A stretch of DNA of 41,457 nucleotides from an uncultured Thermodesulfobacteriota bacterium (GTDB lineage Bacteria; Desulfobacterota; RBG-13-43-22), in contig CAZSTT010000001.1 in NCBI GenBank assembly GCA_964609705.1, positions 16,420 through 57,876 of the forward strand. The letters run 5' to 3'. The notes under the pieces were generated by a model. It did not search any database and was not told the origin of the DNA. It worked only from the letters and a program-made list of their open reading frames with translations. The translations under genes and the position numbers were made by a program. Positions 9,922 to 18,306 of the stretch are shown piece after piece. Each line of letters opens with the position of its first letter. Positions within the stretch are counted from its first letter, which is position 1.

Positions 9922-11717
9922 TTCCTGCTGTCCTCCCTGGGTATTTGGGGTGCCGTTGGGGCAAGGTTTTCCTGCCCGGTGTCCTGGGAATCTTCTGCCC
10001 GATTAAAGGGGAGGAAGAGGTTGAACTGGGCCCCTTTCCCGACTTCACTTTGCACCGATATGTCGCCCCCCAATTGTTGGATGATGCTGTAAGAAATAGA
10101 AAGCCCCAAACCGGTTCCCTTACCCACCGGTTTCGTAGTAAAGAAAGGATCGAATATTTTATCCAGGTTCTCAGGAGGAATCCCTGATCCGGTATCGGCA
10201 ACGATGATCTCAACCCCCTGCCTTTCAAGGTTGGAACGGGTGCTGATGCTGATCGTCCCATAAGGTTTCCCTTCATGGGCATCAATGGCATTGACAATCA
10301 GGTTTAAAAATACCTGTTGAAGTTGAGAGGCATCGGATCGGATAGGTCCTAAATCCTGCTCCAAGTTGGTATTGAATTGGACCCCTCTCCCCTTGGCCTT
10401 CCCTTCCATCAGTTGGATTACTTCCTTCAAAAAGGCATTGAGGTTGACCATCTCAATCCGGGAACCGGTCCGACGGGAAAACCTCAATAAGTTATGGGTA
10501 ATGAGATTACATCGTTGTACCTGCGTATCGATCTGGGACAAAGATTCCTCAAGTTCTTTTTTGAAAGCCTCATCCAGTCCTTCTGTTTCGTCAATGAAAT
10601 CTCGAATAACCTGGTTCTCGGTCAGAATGATCGCTAAGGGGTTATTGATCTCGTGGGCGACTCCGGCCGAGAGTTCCCCCAAGGAGGCCAGTTTGCCGGC
10701 TTGCATCAACTGTCTATTTAATTGTTCGGCTTGCTCATCCCTTTTTTTGATGGTCTTCATCATGGTTCTGGTAATGATCACAGTGATGATAACAATGCCC
10801 AGGAGACTCAAGTGAAGGAAAATCAGAGTAGCCAGATTGGCATGATTGACCGTTCGGAAGGCTTCGGAATAATCCTGTTTAACAATCAGCAGCCATTGCG
10901 GGTCTTTAAGCCAGGCAAAAGCAAAGATTTGACGGCCGGCGGTTTGTCGGGTTTCTGCTTTAGAAGGGCTTAGAATACGAGTTCCGCTGTTTTCTTTAAA
11001 TTGTTCTAAGGATAAAGGGGCCTTTTCCATTATCGCCCCCTGGGAACGGGGGCTGGTTTGAAAAATACCTTTCCGGTTTAGAAGATAGGCTTCTCCGGTG
11101 CGGCCGATTTTTACGTTTTCAACCAAGGATCGTAGGTATTCCGTATCGATGCTGGCCCGCAATATCCAGCGGCGATTCCCTTCCACCCGTAAAAAGGCAA
11201 TGATAAAGTGGGGTGTATTTCGAAACCCCGTAAACATATCGCTGATGAAGACCTTTTTTTCCATTAATTCTCTAAACCAAAAGGATTGGGAATAGTCTTT
11301 GTCCATCAAATTATAAGGACCGATATAAGCTAAATGCCTGCCTTGTTCATTAATCAATCCTAAATCGGTAAAGAATTGACCTTCCTGGTTGATGGCAGTC
11401 AAGACGGCCATGAGGTTGCCCGGTTTTTGCAACTCCGCCAGGGAATGGGTTAAGGCCACCAATTGAAGATCGGCGGTTCTTTCTTTTAAAAACAACTCAA
11501 TGATTTTTCGGTGATCCTCAACCTGACTTTGGAAATATTCCGTCACCCGGGCACTGGAAAAATTGGAATAATAAATGTAGATACCCCACCCCACCAGAAG
11601 CAAAGGGACGAGAGAACTGATCAAGGTCAGGAAGACAAATTTTCGGTAGAGCCGGCGATAACGCGTTCCCTTTTGTTCCAATACTTGATGGGATTGAATA
11701 TTTTGATCCGTATCCAA
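9918..11717 (-). CDS. Sensor histidine kinase with a periplasmic Cache-like domain
   Basis: Two TM segments flank a roughly 250-aa Cache-like region. H-box GVAHEINNPL, N-box LNLIVNAIDA, G-boxes DTGSGI and GTGLGLS. TTG start behind a GAGGT SD. Confidence 0.9.
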   Translation of the reverse strand: MDTDQNIQSHQVLEQKGTRYRRLYRKFVFLTLISSLVPLLLVGWGIYIYYSNFSSARVTEYFQSQVEDHRKIIELFLKERTADLQLVALTHSLAELQKPGNLMAVLTAINQEGQFFTDLGLINEQGRHLAYIGPYNLMDKDYSQSFWFRELMEKKVFISDMFTGFRNTPHFIIAFLRVEGNRRWILRASIDTEYLRSLVENVKIGRTGEAYLLNRKGIFQTSPRSQGAIMEKAPLSLEQFKENSGTRILSPSKAETRQTAGRQIFAFAWLKDPQWLLIVKQDYSEAFRTVNHANLATLIFLHLSLLGIVIITVIITRTMMKTIKKRDEQAEQLNRQLMQAGKLASLGELSAGVAHEINNPLAIILTENQVIRDFIDETEGLDEAFKKELEESLSQIDTQVQRCNLITHNLLRFSRRTGSRIEMVNLNAFLKEVIQLMEGKAKGRGVQFNTNLEQDLGPIRSDASQLQQVFLNLIVNAIDAHEGKPYGTISISTRSNLERQGVEIIVADTGSGIPPENLDKIFDPFFTTKPVGKGTGLGLSISYSIIQQLGGDISVQSEVGKGAQFNLFLPFNRAEDSQDTGQENLAPTAPQIPREDSRK

Positions 11718-11795
11718 ATTAACCTCAATCGGAATGATGATTTTTATTGAACAGGATAATCCTTTTGGAAGGGACCAACCTTACTTAATTCTTAA

Positions 11796-11812
11796 GGCAA
11801 CTATCATGCCAA
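11796..11812 (-). promoter_or_regulatory. Sigma-54 (-24/-12) type promoter candidate for the kinase operon
   Basis: The minus strand reads TGGCATG-ATAG-TTGCC (consensus TGGCACG-N4-TTGCW), about 80 nt upstream of the start at 11717. Confidence 0.5.
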
Positions 11813-11914
11813 TAGAAAATTCTTTCAAAATCCGTTTTAATTTTTTTATCTTATTGAAATTAATAAGCTTAAAAGTTATTTCAGGAAAGGATTGCCGAAG
11901 AAAACTGCCAATTC

Positions 11915-11932
11915 TTTTTACACGGTGTAAAG
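11915..11932. promoter_or_regulatory. Palindromic candidate upstream activator site (TTTTTACA-cgg-TGTAAAG)
   Basis: Same half-sites and 3-nt spacer as 2786-2806, centred 114 bp upstream of the -24 GG at 11810. Confidence 0.4.
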
Positions 11933-12051
11933 AATCGATGACAGAGACCGCCTGAAAAAAATGAGGGAGTTTTTCAAAAGACTGGAAAGGAACAGGGGAT
12001 ATCAGCTAGGCCCCCCTCAAATAATGCCATTCAATATCGGCAAGTTCATGG

Positions 12052-13239
12052 TCAACTTTTTTGTGCCCAAACTTTTTCCCGTAATCCCCGGGGAACCCAA
12101 AACCCCTGGGAAGGACAATGTTCCAGACAACAATAACATTCTATACACAGATTCGATTTAAGCTGAAGGCCCCTCTCCGACAGACTCAGGGCCTGAGCCG
12201 GGCAGGCCTGAACGCATAAGCCGCATTCCTGGCAGTTTTCCGGTTTGACCCTGGGTTTGGCTTCGTAGAGCCAATCAAAGGCCTTTCCGATCAACCAGGC
12301 CGGTATGATTGCCTCCGCCCATTCCCGTGTTCTGGTGAAGGGATGTTTAAAACCGGGTACCGGCAATTCAGGCCAACCGGCGTCTCCCAGGAGTTCAATT
12401 GCGGAGGGATCGGCTGTTCCTAATCCGGCTTCCGACCCCAGGATAATCGAATGGATCTTGGCCGGACTAAAACCCATGATAGTGGATGCTGCAACATCCA
12501 AGGCTACCGGATCGGTCGACGCCAGAAGCCGGCAGACCGGCCTGAGCTGCCCGTGGGTCGGACCGGCCCCCTCCATAGCGGCAACCCCATCCATGAGGTT
12601 TAAGATCCGGGGGACTTTGGCCTTTATCCCTCCCCAAATATCGACCAGGGCCTGGGCCATGACCGGACCGTTGGGCGCTGCTACATGAACCTCCCGTTTA
12701 AGGGAACCCGGCAGAAAACCTAAAAAGTTTTTGATCGCCCCGGTGAGCCCGGTCAGGATGTGTGTTTTTAGTTTGGGGAGGTTGACAATAGCGTCGATTT
12801 GATCCAGCAGGGCCGTGGCTTTGAAGCGGGAATATATTTTTCCCTTGGGATTTTCGATCTCGATAAGTCCGACTTCTTCCAGGTTGACTAATTCGGCTTT
12901 TAGGCGGGAGGCCGTCATTTCCAGGCCCATCAGGGCATAGGCCCGTTTGGTTTTTCCGTAAGACCCCATACCGCCGGAATCGGCAATAAACAGATTGACC
13001 TGATAATGGCTTCGGAGATATTGTCCTACCGCCTCAACCACTTCTCCCCGGGTGTTGACCGGCTGATCGGGTCCATGGTTGGCGGAAAGGCAATTGGGCT
13101 TGAGCAGGACCCGGTCGCCCCTGGACAAAGGGAGCGGCTCCAAGGCGGATAAAATGTTTTCAACCGCCCTGGAAAGATGGGTTGATTGATAATCAGGACA
13201 GCGGCAGACGCTGACCCGGCCACTATATTCAGACATCAA
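12052..13239 (-). CDS. DUF362-family protein with a C-terminal 2x[4Fe-4S] ferredoxin-type domain
   Basis: The body resembles DUF362 (family recalled from memory). The C-terminus has CQECGLCVQACP and CIECYCCLEHCP cluster motifs. The start overlaps the upstream stop (ATGA). Confidence 0.8.
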   Translation of the reverse strand: MMSEYSGRVSVCRCPDYQSTHLSRAVENILSALEPLPLSRGDRVLLKPNCLSANHGPDQPVNTRGEVVEAVGQYLRSHYQVNLFIADSGGMGSYGKTKRAYALMGLEMTASRLKAELVNLEEVGLIEIENPKGKIYSRFKATALLDQIDAIVNLPKLKTHILTGLTGAIKNFLGFLPGSLKREVHVAAPNGPVMAQALVDIWGGIKAKVPRILNLMDGVAAMEGAGPTHGQLRPVCRLLASTDPVALDVAASTIMGFSPAKIHSIILGSEAGLGTADPSAIELLGDAGWPELPVPGFKHPFTRTREWAEAIIPAWLIGKAFDWLYEAKPRVKPENCQECGLCVQACPAQALSLSERGLQLKSNLCIECYCCLEHCPSQGFWVPRGLREKVWAQKS

Positions 13240-13862
13240 ATAGTTATCGTTTCCGGTTGAACCGGTTGGGAGAAAATATCTTCCATAGCCGGGAGCACTT
13301 CTCCCGCCTTCAGATCATCATAAAACCGGGCCAGAGATGTTTGTATATAAGGAAAAAGCCAAAGGAAGCCTATTCCCAGACTTAGAATACACAGCAAGGC
13401 CCATCCAAGGAATCTCCAGAAGAGGCAGAATAACTTCCAGCGGTTTCCATTCATCATGCCCTCGCTTTTTCGCAGGGCCTCCGAACTTTTCATCTCCGGG
13501 TTCTCCGCCAGGATGAAAAAGGTCTGGGAATAGGACAGGGCGGCGATGATAGCGGCAACAAAGGGGAAAACACACAAGAGTATCAAAAGATAGGCTCCCA
13601 GGGCCTTAGAAAAGCGCTGAAACCCGTCAAACAGCTGGGCAAGCTTGGACTCCTGTTTCCTGGAAAGGGCGAGAAAAAAGATGGTCCAACCCAGGATCAA
13701 AGGACCCTCAATGATTAGTCCGCCGATCCAACCTACCCTGGGTACTAAGGAAATTCCAATAGCAAGAAGCATATAAATCACACTTCCGCCGATAGCCAAT
13801 CCCCAACGCCCTTTAAGAGCTTCCCTGGCCTGTTGCATCAAATCACGATTCGTGGTTGGCAT
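13236..13862 (-). CDS. DUF975-like polytopic membrane protein
   Basis: I moved the start to ATG 13862 (MPTTNRDLMQQAREALKGRWG), which follows AAGGAGG. The longer track ORF would overlap the upstream gene. Several TM helices. Confidence 0.7.
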   Translation of the reverse strand: MPTTNRDLMQQAREALKGRWGLAIGGSVIYMLLAIGISLVPRVGWIGGLIIEGPLILGWTIFFLALSRKQESKLAQLFDGFQRFSKALGAYLLILLCVFPFVAAIIAALSYSQTFFILAENPEMKSSEALRKSEGMMNGNRWKLFCLFWRFLGWALLCILSLGIGFLWLFPYIQTSLARFYDDLKAGEVLPAMEDIFSQPVQPETITI

Positions 13863-13953
13863 GGTTCCTCCTTTTGAAAATAATATCGGCCCCCAGTCGG
13901 ATCCAAATTCGAATATTAAAAAAAGATTCCAAGGGTTCGCCGAATGGACTATT

Positions 13954-14700
13954 TTACAGACTAAACTTCCAGGCGCAATACCAGTCTTCCCCATGCTGGT
14001 CCGGAGGGCAACCAAGGCATTCGGTTTTAATCCGTCGGTCGACAGCAGAAGCAAAAAAGGGATATTCCACCATACCCACAGACTTACAGGGATAGTCGGG
14101 AAGGCCTTTTCTTTTCCGGGCCGACTGGACCCGGCAGTCGTTCATGCGAAAGATGAACTGGGTGGCATCAATATCCTCGATGGATTGTCGGTTGATTCGG
14201 GCATACATACGGAAACCGAGGGCGATTTTAAGCCCTTCCAGGCCCGGAGATTCGGGCAGGCCCAATATTTTTTTTATCCTGAAGGCTTCATAAGGGGAAA
14301 AGCGGGACCAGCCGGTATCGTTGCAGCGTTTGGCAGCGTCCATCCCGAAACGTTTTTCCACGGTTTGAAACCAGACCCCATCGTTGGCCAGCCAGTTGAC
14401 GGCCGTACCATCGATGGCTTCCATCAATTTTTCCTTACTCATCCGGTTTAAGGAGGCAGGGACGCCATTCTCTATCTGGAAACCGAATAGACCGGCCATC
14501 CTCTTTAAAATGATGGACCAGGCCAGATCACCGGATTCTCCTTCAAGTTCGGAGGCCTTTTGTATGCCAAGCTGATACTCCACTTCCCGAAACCAGCAGC
14601 CGTAATGGATCAAGGTTCGTCGAAATCCTTCCAGGAGCCATTGGACCAGTTCTGGTTGGGAAAGATCTTCCATTTTTTTAGGATAATTAGGATCGGCCAT
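13954..14700 (-). CDS. Conserved hypothetical cytoplasmic protein (resembles DUF6125; unverified)
   Basis: 248-aa ORF with protein-like composition and a Cys-rich C-terminus (CRVQ...PCK...CLGCPP...CAW). First gene of a three-gene minus-strand operon. Confidence 0.65.
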   Translation of the reverse strand: MADPNYPKKMEDLSQPELVQWLLEGFRRTLIHYGCWFREVEYQLGIQKASELEGESGDLAWSIILKRMAGLFGFQIENGVPASLNRMSKEKLMEAIDGTAVNWLANDGVWFQTVEKRFGMDAAKRCNDTGWSRFSPYEAFRIKKILGLPESPGLEGLKIALGFRMYARINRQSIEDIDATQFIFRMNDCRVQSARKRKGLPDYPCKSVGMVEYPFFASAVDRRIKTECLGCPPDQHGEDWYCAWKFSL

Positions 14701-14760
14701 CCGCTTTCTTTTCCTCCTGGTTCCTTTTCTGGATTATTAATGGTTTCATAAGATGGATTC

Positions 14761-14876
14761 GTAAAAAGTCGTCACCCCGGTGAAAACCGGGGTCCAGAGA
14801 TTTTATAACAGATTGAATTTTATGGATTCCGACTTTCATCGGAATGACAAAACCGGATCTTCGGCGACTTTTTGCG
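14761..14876. mobile_element. MITE-like 116-bp repeat, copy 1 (terminal inverted repeats GTAAAAAGTCGTC / GGCGACTTTTTGC, two internal hairpins)
   Basis: The reverse complement of 25217..25331 matches it: the first 37 nt are identical, the last 52 nt have 7 mismatches, and the centre has diverged. Hairpins ACCCCGG-tgaaaa-CCGGGGT and ATTCCGA-ctttca-TCGGAAT. Confidence 0.75.
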
Positions 14877-14895
14877 AGTCCATCTATTGCAGCTC

Positions 14896-15456
14896 TTAGC
14901 AACTCATTTCAAGATGATCGATAAGGGCCTGGGGTGGAAAGGACAGGTGCCTGAAAATCATATTTTCCACTTTCAAGGTATCCTGATACAAGGTCCCTAT
15001 ACGTTCAACGGCCTCGGAGGAGCGCCCGTAGGTTTCCACCAGATATTCAAAGCGGTCTTTCAAATCAACCACTTCATCGTGCCGGACCCTTTTATCGGCA
15101 TAATGGACTAGAATCACTTCGTCAATCTCTCCATTATGGAAATAGGCGTCTTCCAGGCGGACATGCTGGGCTACGATTCTGGCTACCGGATCAAACCCCA
15201 GTGCCCTGACCATTGATTCCCCAATCAGGGCGTGGTTGCCCCTGGTCTTCAGGCATTCGGTTTTGGCAATATCATGAAGTAAGCCCCCGGCTTCGACCAG
15301 GTCCAAATTTAATTCCGGGAATCGAGGCTTCAGATTTTTACCAAGAAAAAGGGCAATCCGGGCCACCTGAAGGCTGTGGTCTTTGATATTCGGGAGCATG
15401 CCATGCCGTTCCATCAGAGACAGGCAGGTCTGGCGGGAGGGAAAAAGATCAGTCAA
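14896..15456 (-). CDS. HD/HDIG-domain metal-dependent phosphohydrolase
   Basis: HSLQVARIA ... GLLHDIAK ... HYADK pattern of HD-superfamily hydrolases (YqeK-like size, 186 aa). Confidence 0.8.
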   Translation of the reverse strand: MTDLFPSRQTCLSLMERHGMLPNIKDHSLQVARIALFLGKNLKPRFPELNLDLVEAGGLLHDIAKTECLKTRGNHALIGESMVRALGFDPVARIVAQHVRLEDAYFHNGEIDEVILVHYADKRVRHDEVVDLKDRFEYLVETYGRSSEAVERIGTLYQDTLKVENMIFRHLSFPPQALIDHLEMSC

Positions 15457-15488
15457 TTAATTATACCTTCACATATATTTTCTTGGCG

Positions 15489-15623
15489 CAGACGAGACAG
15501 ACAAAAACAGACTGAATAATATAATCTGATTGACGACCTGTCAATCAGATCCCTGTTTGCCCATCGGGCAAGCAGGGTTTACCCCGGCGTTAGTCCGCCG
15601 GGGTAAAAGTCTGTGGTCGTCTG
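15489..15623. repeat. Intergenic multi-hairpin structure (three consecutive 9-12 bp stems enclosed by a long-range stem)
   Basis: CTGATTGAC/GTCAATCAG (15526-15548), CCCTGTTTGCCC/GGGCAAGCAGGG (15551-15577) and TTTACCCCGGCG/CGCCGGGGTAAA (15578-15607). Outer pairing CAGACGAGACAGAC (15489-15502) with GTCTGTGGTCGTCTG (15609-15623). Confidence 0.5.
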
Positions 15624-15712
15624 TGTGGGTTTATGGCAAAAAGAGGATTTTTCAAAAAAATGAATTGATACAAAGATGTATTTCTCCGAACACCTGCTCT
15701 GAACCCCGGACT

Positions 15713-17665
15713 CTAATTCTTGAGTTCAGGAAGATCCATGTATAAATCCAAGGCATCGGGATTGGCCAGGGCGTCTTTGTTTAAAACCGGCTTCCCATGA
15801 ATCACATTGCGGACCGCCAGTTCCACCTTCTTCATATTAATGGTATAGGGAATATCGGACACCGCAATGATCTTGGCCGGCACATGCCGGGGGGTGGTGT
15901 TGTCCCGGATGGTCTTCTTGATCTTGTTTTTTAAGGCCTCGTCTAACTGCACTCCCGCTGCCGGCTTGACAAAAAGGATGATCCGGACATCATTTTCCCA
16001 GTCCTGTCCGACGACGACGCTGTCGGCTATCTCCGGCAGGGTCTCCACCTGCCGGTAGATGTCCGCCGTGCCGATACGCACTCCTCCCGGATTCAAGGTG
16101 GCGTCGGAGCGGCCGTAAATGACCACCCCCCCGTTTTCCGTGATTTTGATAAAATCCCCGTGGCACCAGACCCCGGGAAAGGATTTGAAATAGGCGCCCA
16201 GATATTTTTCCTGATCCGGATCATCCCAAAAATAGAGGGGCATGGAAGGAAAGGGGGCTGTGCAAACCAGCTCTCCCAGTTCTTCGATGACCGCTTTTCC
16301 CTGGGCGTTAAAGGCCTCCACCTTCAGGCCCAGACCCCGGCACTGAAGCTCTCCTTCGTACACCGGCAGCAAGGGATTGCCCAGGGCAAAACAGCCGTTC
16401 AGGTCGGTCCCCCCGGAAATAGAGGACAACTGGACGTCTTTTTTGACCTCCCGGTAAATATAGTGGAATCCTTCCACCGGAAGCGGCGACCCGGTGGAGA
16501 GGATGGCCCGCAGGGGGGCCAGATCAAAGTCCCGGCGCGGCCGTACGCCCTCTTTCTCCAGGGAGGTGATATAGCGGGCGCTGGTCCCAAAAACAGTGAT
16601 CCCTTCATCCTGAGCCAGCTTCCACAAAACCCCGGGATCGGGGTAAAAGGGGGAACCATCGAACAAGACCAAGGTCGCCCCGCAGGCCAGGGCACTGGTT
16701 AACCAGTTCCACATCATCCAACCGCAGGTAGTGAAATAAAAGATAGTGTCTTCCCGTTTCAGATCGGTATGGAGCATCATTTCCTTGAGCTGGTGCACCA
16801 GGATGCCGGCTACCCCCTGGACCATACATTTAGGCAGTCCCGTGGTGCCCGAAGAGTACATAATATAAAGAGGATGATCGGCGGGTACCTGGGCAAAGTC
16901 AATTTCAAGATCGGTCTCCGGGGCCAGAAAGTCCCGGTAAAGAACAGCCCCAGGGATGGCAAGGATATCCGGCTTCTCCTGCGTATAAGGGACGACCACC
17001 ACCTGTTCAATCGAAGGCAGTTCCTTGATGATGTCGGCAATTCGGCCGAGGGAATCAAAGGTCTTCCCATTATAGGTGTATCCGTCAGCCGTAAACAGAA
17101 CCTTTGGCTTGATCTGCCCAAAACGGTCCAGAACCCCCTTGATCCCGAAGTCCGGGGAGCAGGAGGACCAGACCGCGCCCAGAGAAGCGGCCGCCAGCAT
17201 GGCTATGATGGTCTCCATCATATTCGGCATGAAACCGACCACCCGATCCCCCGGGTTGATTCCTGCCCCTTTCAGAGATTTGGCCAGGGCGGCCACCTGG
17301 GAATACAATTCCTGATAAGTGATCTTTCTCGATTCCAGGGCTTCCCCTTTAAAAATCAGGGCCGTTTGCCGGTCCCGATAGCGGAGCAGATTTTCCGCGT
17401 AATTGAGCCGGGCTCCTTCAAACCAGCGGGTCCCGGGCATCTTGCCTAAATCATCCACGACCCGGTCATAACCCCTGGAGGCTTTGACCTCCCCGAACTC
17501 CCACATGGCCGCCCAGAAGTCCCCTATCCGATCTATGGACCAGTTATAGAGCTCCGGATAACCCTGGATGGCCATCCCGTATTTCCGGTTCACAAATTGG
17601 ATAAACCGGATCATATTCGTCTTTTCCATCTTTTCCGGCGTTGGTTCCCATAATGGTTTTTTCAT
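15713..17665 (-). CDS. Acetoacetate-CoA ligase (acetoacetyl-CoA synthetase)-like AMP-forming acyl-CoA synthetase
   Basis: AMP-binding motif YSSGTTGLPK and an N-terminus LWEPTPEKMEKTNMIRF...YNWSIDRIGDFWAAMWEF typical of acetoacetyl-CoA synthetases. I moved the start to ATG 17665 (MKKPLWEP), which follows AAGGAAGG. Confidence 0.85.
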   Translation of the reverse strand: MKKPLWEPTPEKMEKTNMIRFIQFVNRKYGMAIQGYPELYNWSIDRIGDFWAAMWEFGEVKASRGYDRVVDDLGKMPGTRWFEGARLNYAENLLRYRDRQTALIFKGEALESRKITYQELYSQVAALAKSLKGAGINPGDRVVGFMPNMMETIIAMLAAASLGAVWSSCSPDFGIKGVLDRFGQIKPKVLFTADGYTYNGKTFDSLGRIADIIKELPSIEQVVVVPYTQEKPDILAIPGAVLYRDFLAPETDLEIDFAQVPADHPLYIMYSSGTTGLPKCMVQGVAGILVHQLKEMMLHTDLKREDTIFYFTTCGWMMWNWLTSALACGATLVLFDGSPFYPDPGVLWKLAQDEGITVFGTSARYITSLEKEGVRPRRDFDLAPLRAILSTGSPLPVEGFHYIYREVKKDVQLSSISGGTDLNGCFALGNPLLPVYEGELQCRGLGLKVEAFNAQGKAVIEELGELVCTAPFPSMPLYFWDDPDQEKYLGAYFKSFPGVWCHGDFIKITENGGVVIYGRSDATLNPGGVRIGTADIYRQVETLPEIADSVVVGQDWENDVRIILFVKPAAGVQLDEALKNKIKKTIRDNTTPRHVPAKIIAVSDIPYTINMKKVELAVRNVIHGKPVLNKDALANPDALDLYMDLPELKN

Positions 17666-18023
17666 CGGAGGGTCCTTCCTTAGTTTTTCTAATTGATAAA
17701 AGATATTGAAAAAAGACAAAGGTGTCAAGAAAGATATCGTAGATTACTTTATGATTGCCTGGAAAACCAAAATTACGAATGGCCCGACTCATGGCCGCAT
17801 CAACCAGTTTTTTCCGGCCATCCGGGAGCCTTTTGCAAAGGTCTTGGTTCGGCAAAAATAGGTCAGGCATCCTGTTTGATAATAGGTTGAAACCATTTAG
17901 ATAGTCAGCCGGGACGGCTGACCTATTGGATGAAAGGACCTCCCGGGTAAGAGATATTTGTCGGAACAGTCAGAATTTCAGCCCAGGTATCCATACTTAG
18001 TCTTTGTTCAACCTAATTATGAC

Positions 18024-18059
18024 TTGACATCACCGAGAATGATGCTATGATGACATCAT
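18024..18059 (+). promoter_or_regulatory. Near-consensus sigma-70 promoter plus palindromic operator directly abutting the vapB ATG
   Basis: TTGACA (18024-18029), 16-nt spacer, TATGAT (18046-18051). ATG at 18058 lies only 6 nt after the -10. The palindrome ATGATG-A-CATCAT (18047-18059) overlaps the -10 and the start codon. Confidence 0.55.
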
Positions 18060-18306
18060 GAGAACCACACTTACGATAGACGACGATGTTCTGGACAAAG
18101 CGAAAGCTGTGGCGGCAAAACTCCGTGCGCCCTTTCGGCACGTGGTTAATGAGGCGCTCCGTACCGGATTGCAGATGGTTGAGGATACCACGCTAAAAAC
18201 TCGATCCTATCGCACCCGCCCCCACAAGATGGGGTTGAAAGCTGGAAGGAATCTGGACAACATCCAAGAACTCTTATCTCAGATCGAGGGGGAAGATCAC
18301 CGGTGA
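18058..18306 (+). CDS. vapB: Type II antitoxin, VapB-like
   Basis: 82 aa. The N-terminus MRTTLTIDDDVLDKAKAVA is typical of VapB-family antitoxins. The stop overlaps the vapC start (GTGA). Confidence 0.8.
   Translation: MRTTLTIDDDVLDKAKAVAAKLRAPFRHVVNEALRTGLQMVEDTTLKTRSYRTRPHKMGLKAGRNLDNIQELLSQIEGEDHR

Noticed and set aside
14687-14902. 71-aa ORF, and its counterpart 25103..25402 (99 aa) sharing ...GFVIP.KVGI...LDPGFHRGDDFLR
   Set aside because: The shared peptide is simply the translation of the two copies of the MITE-like repeat, with the hairpins read through. Both ORFs span intergenic DNA.
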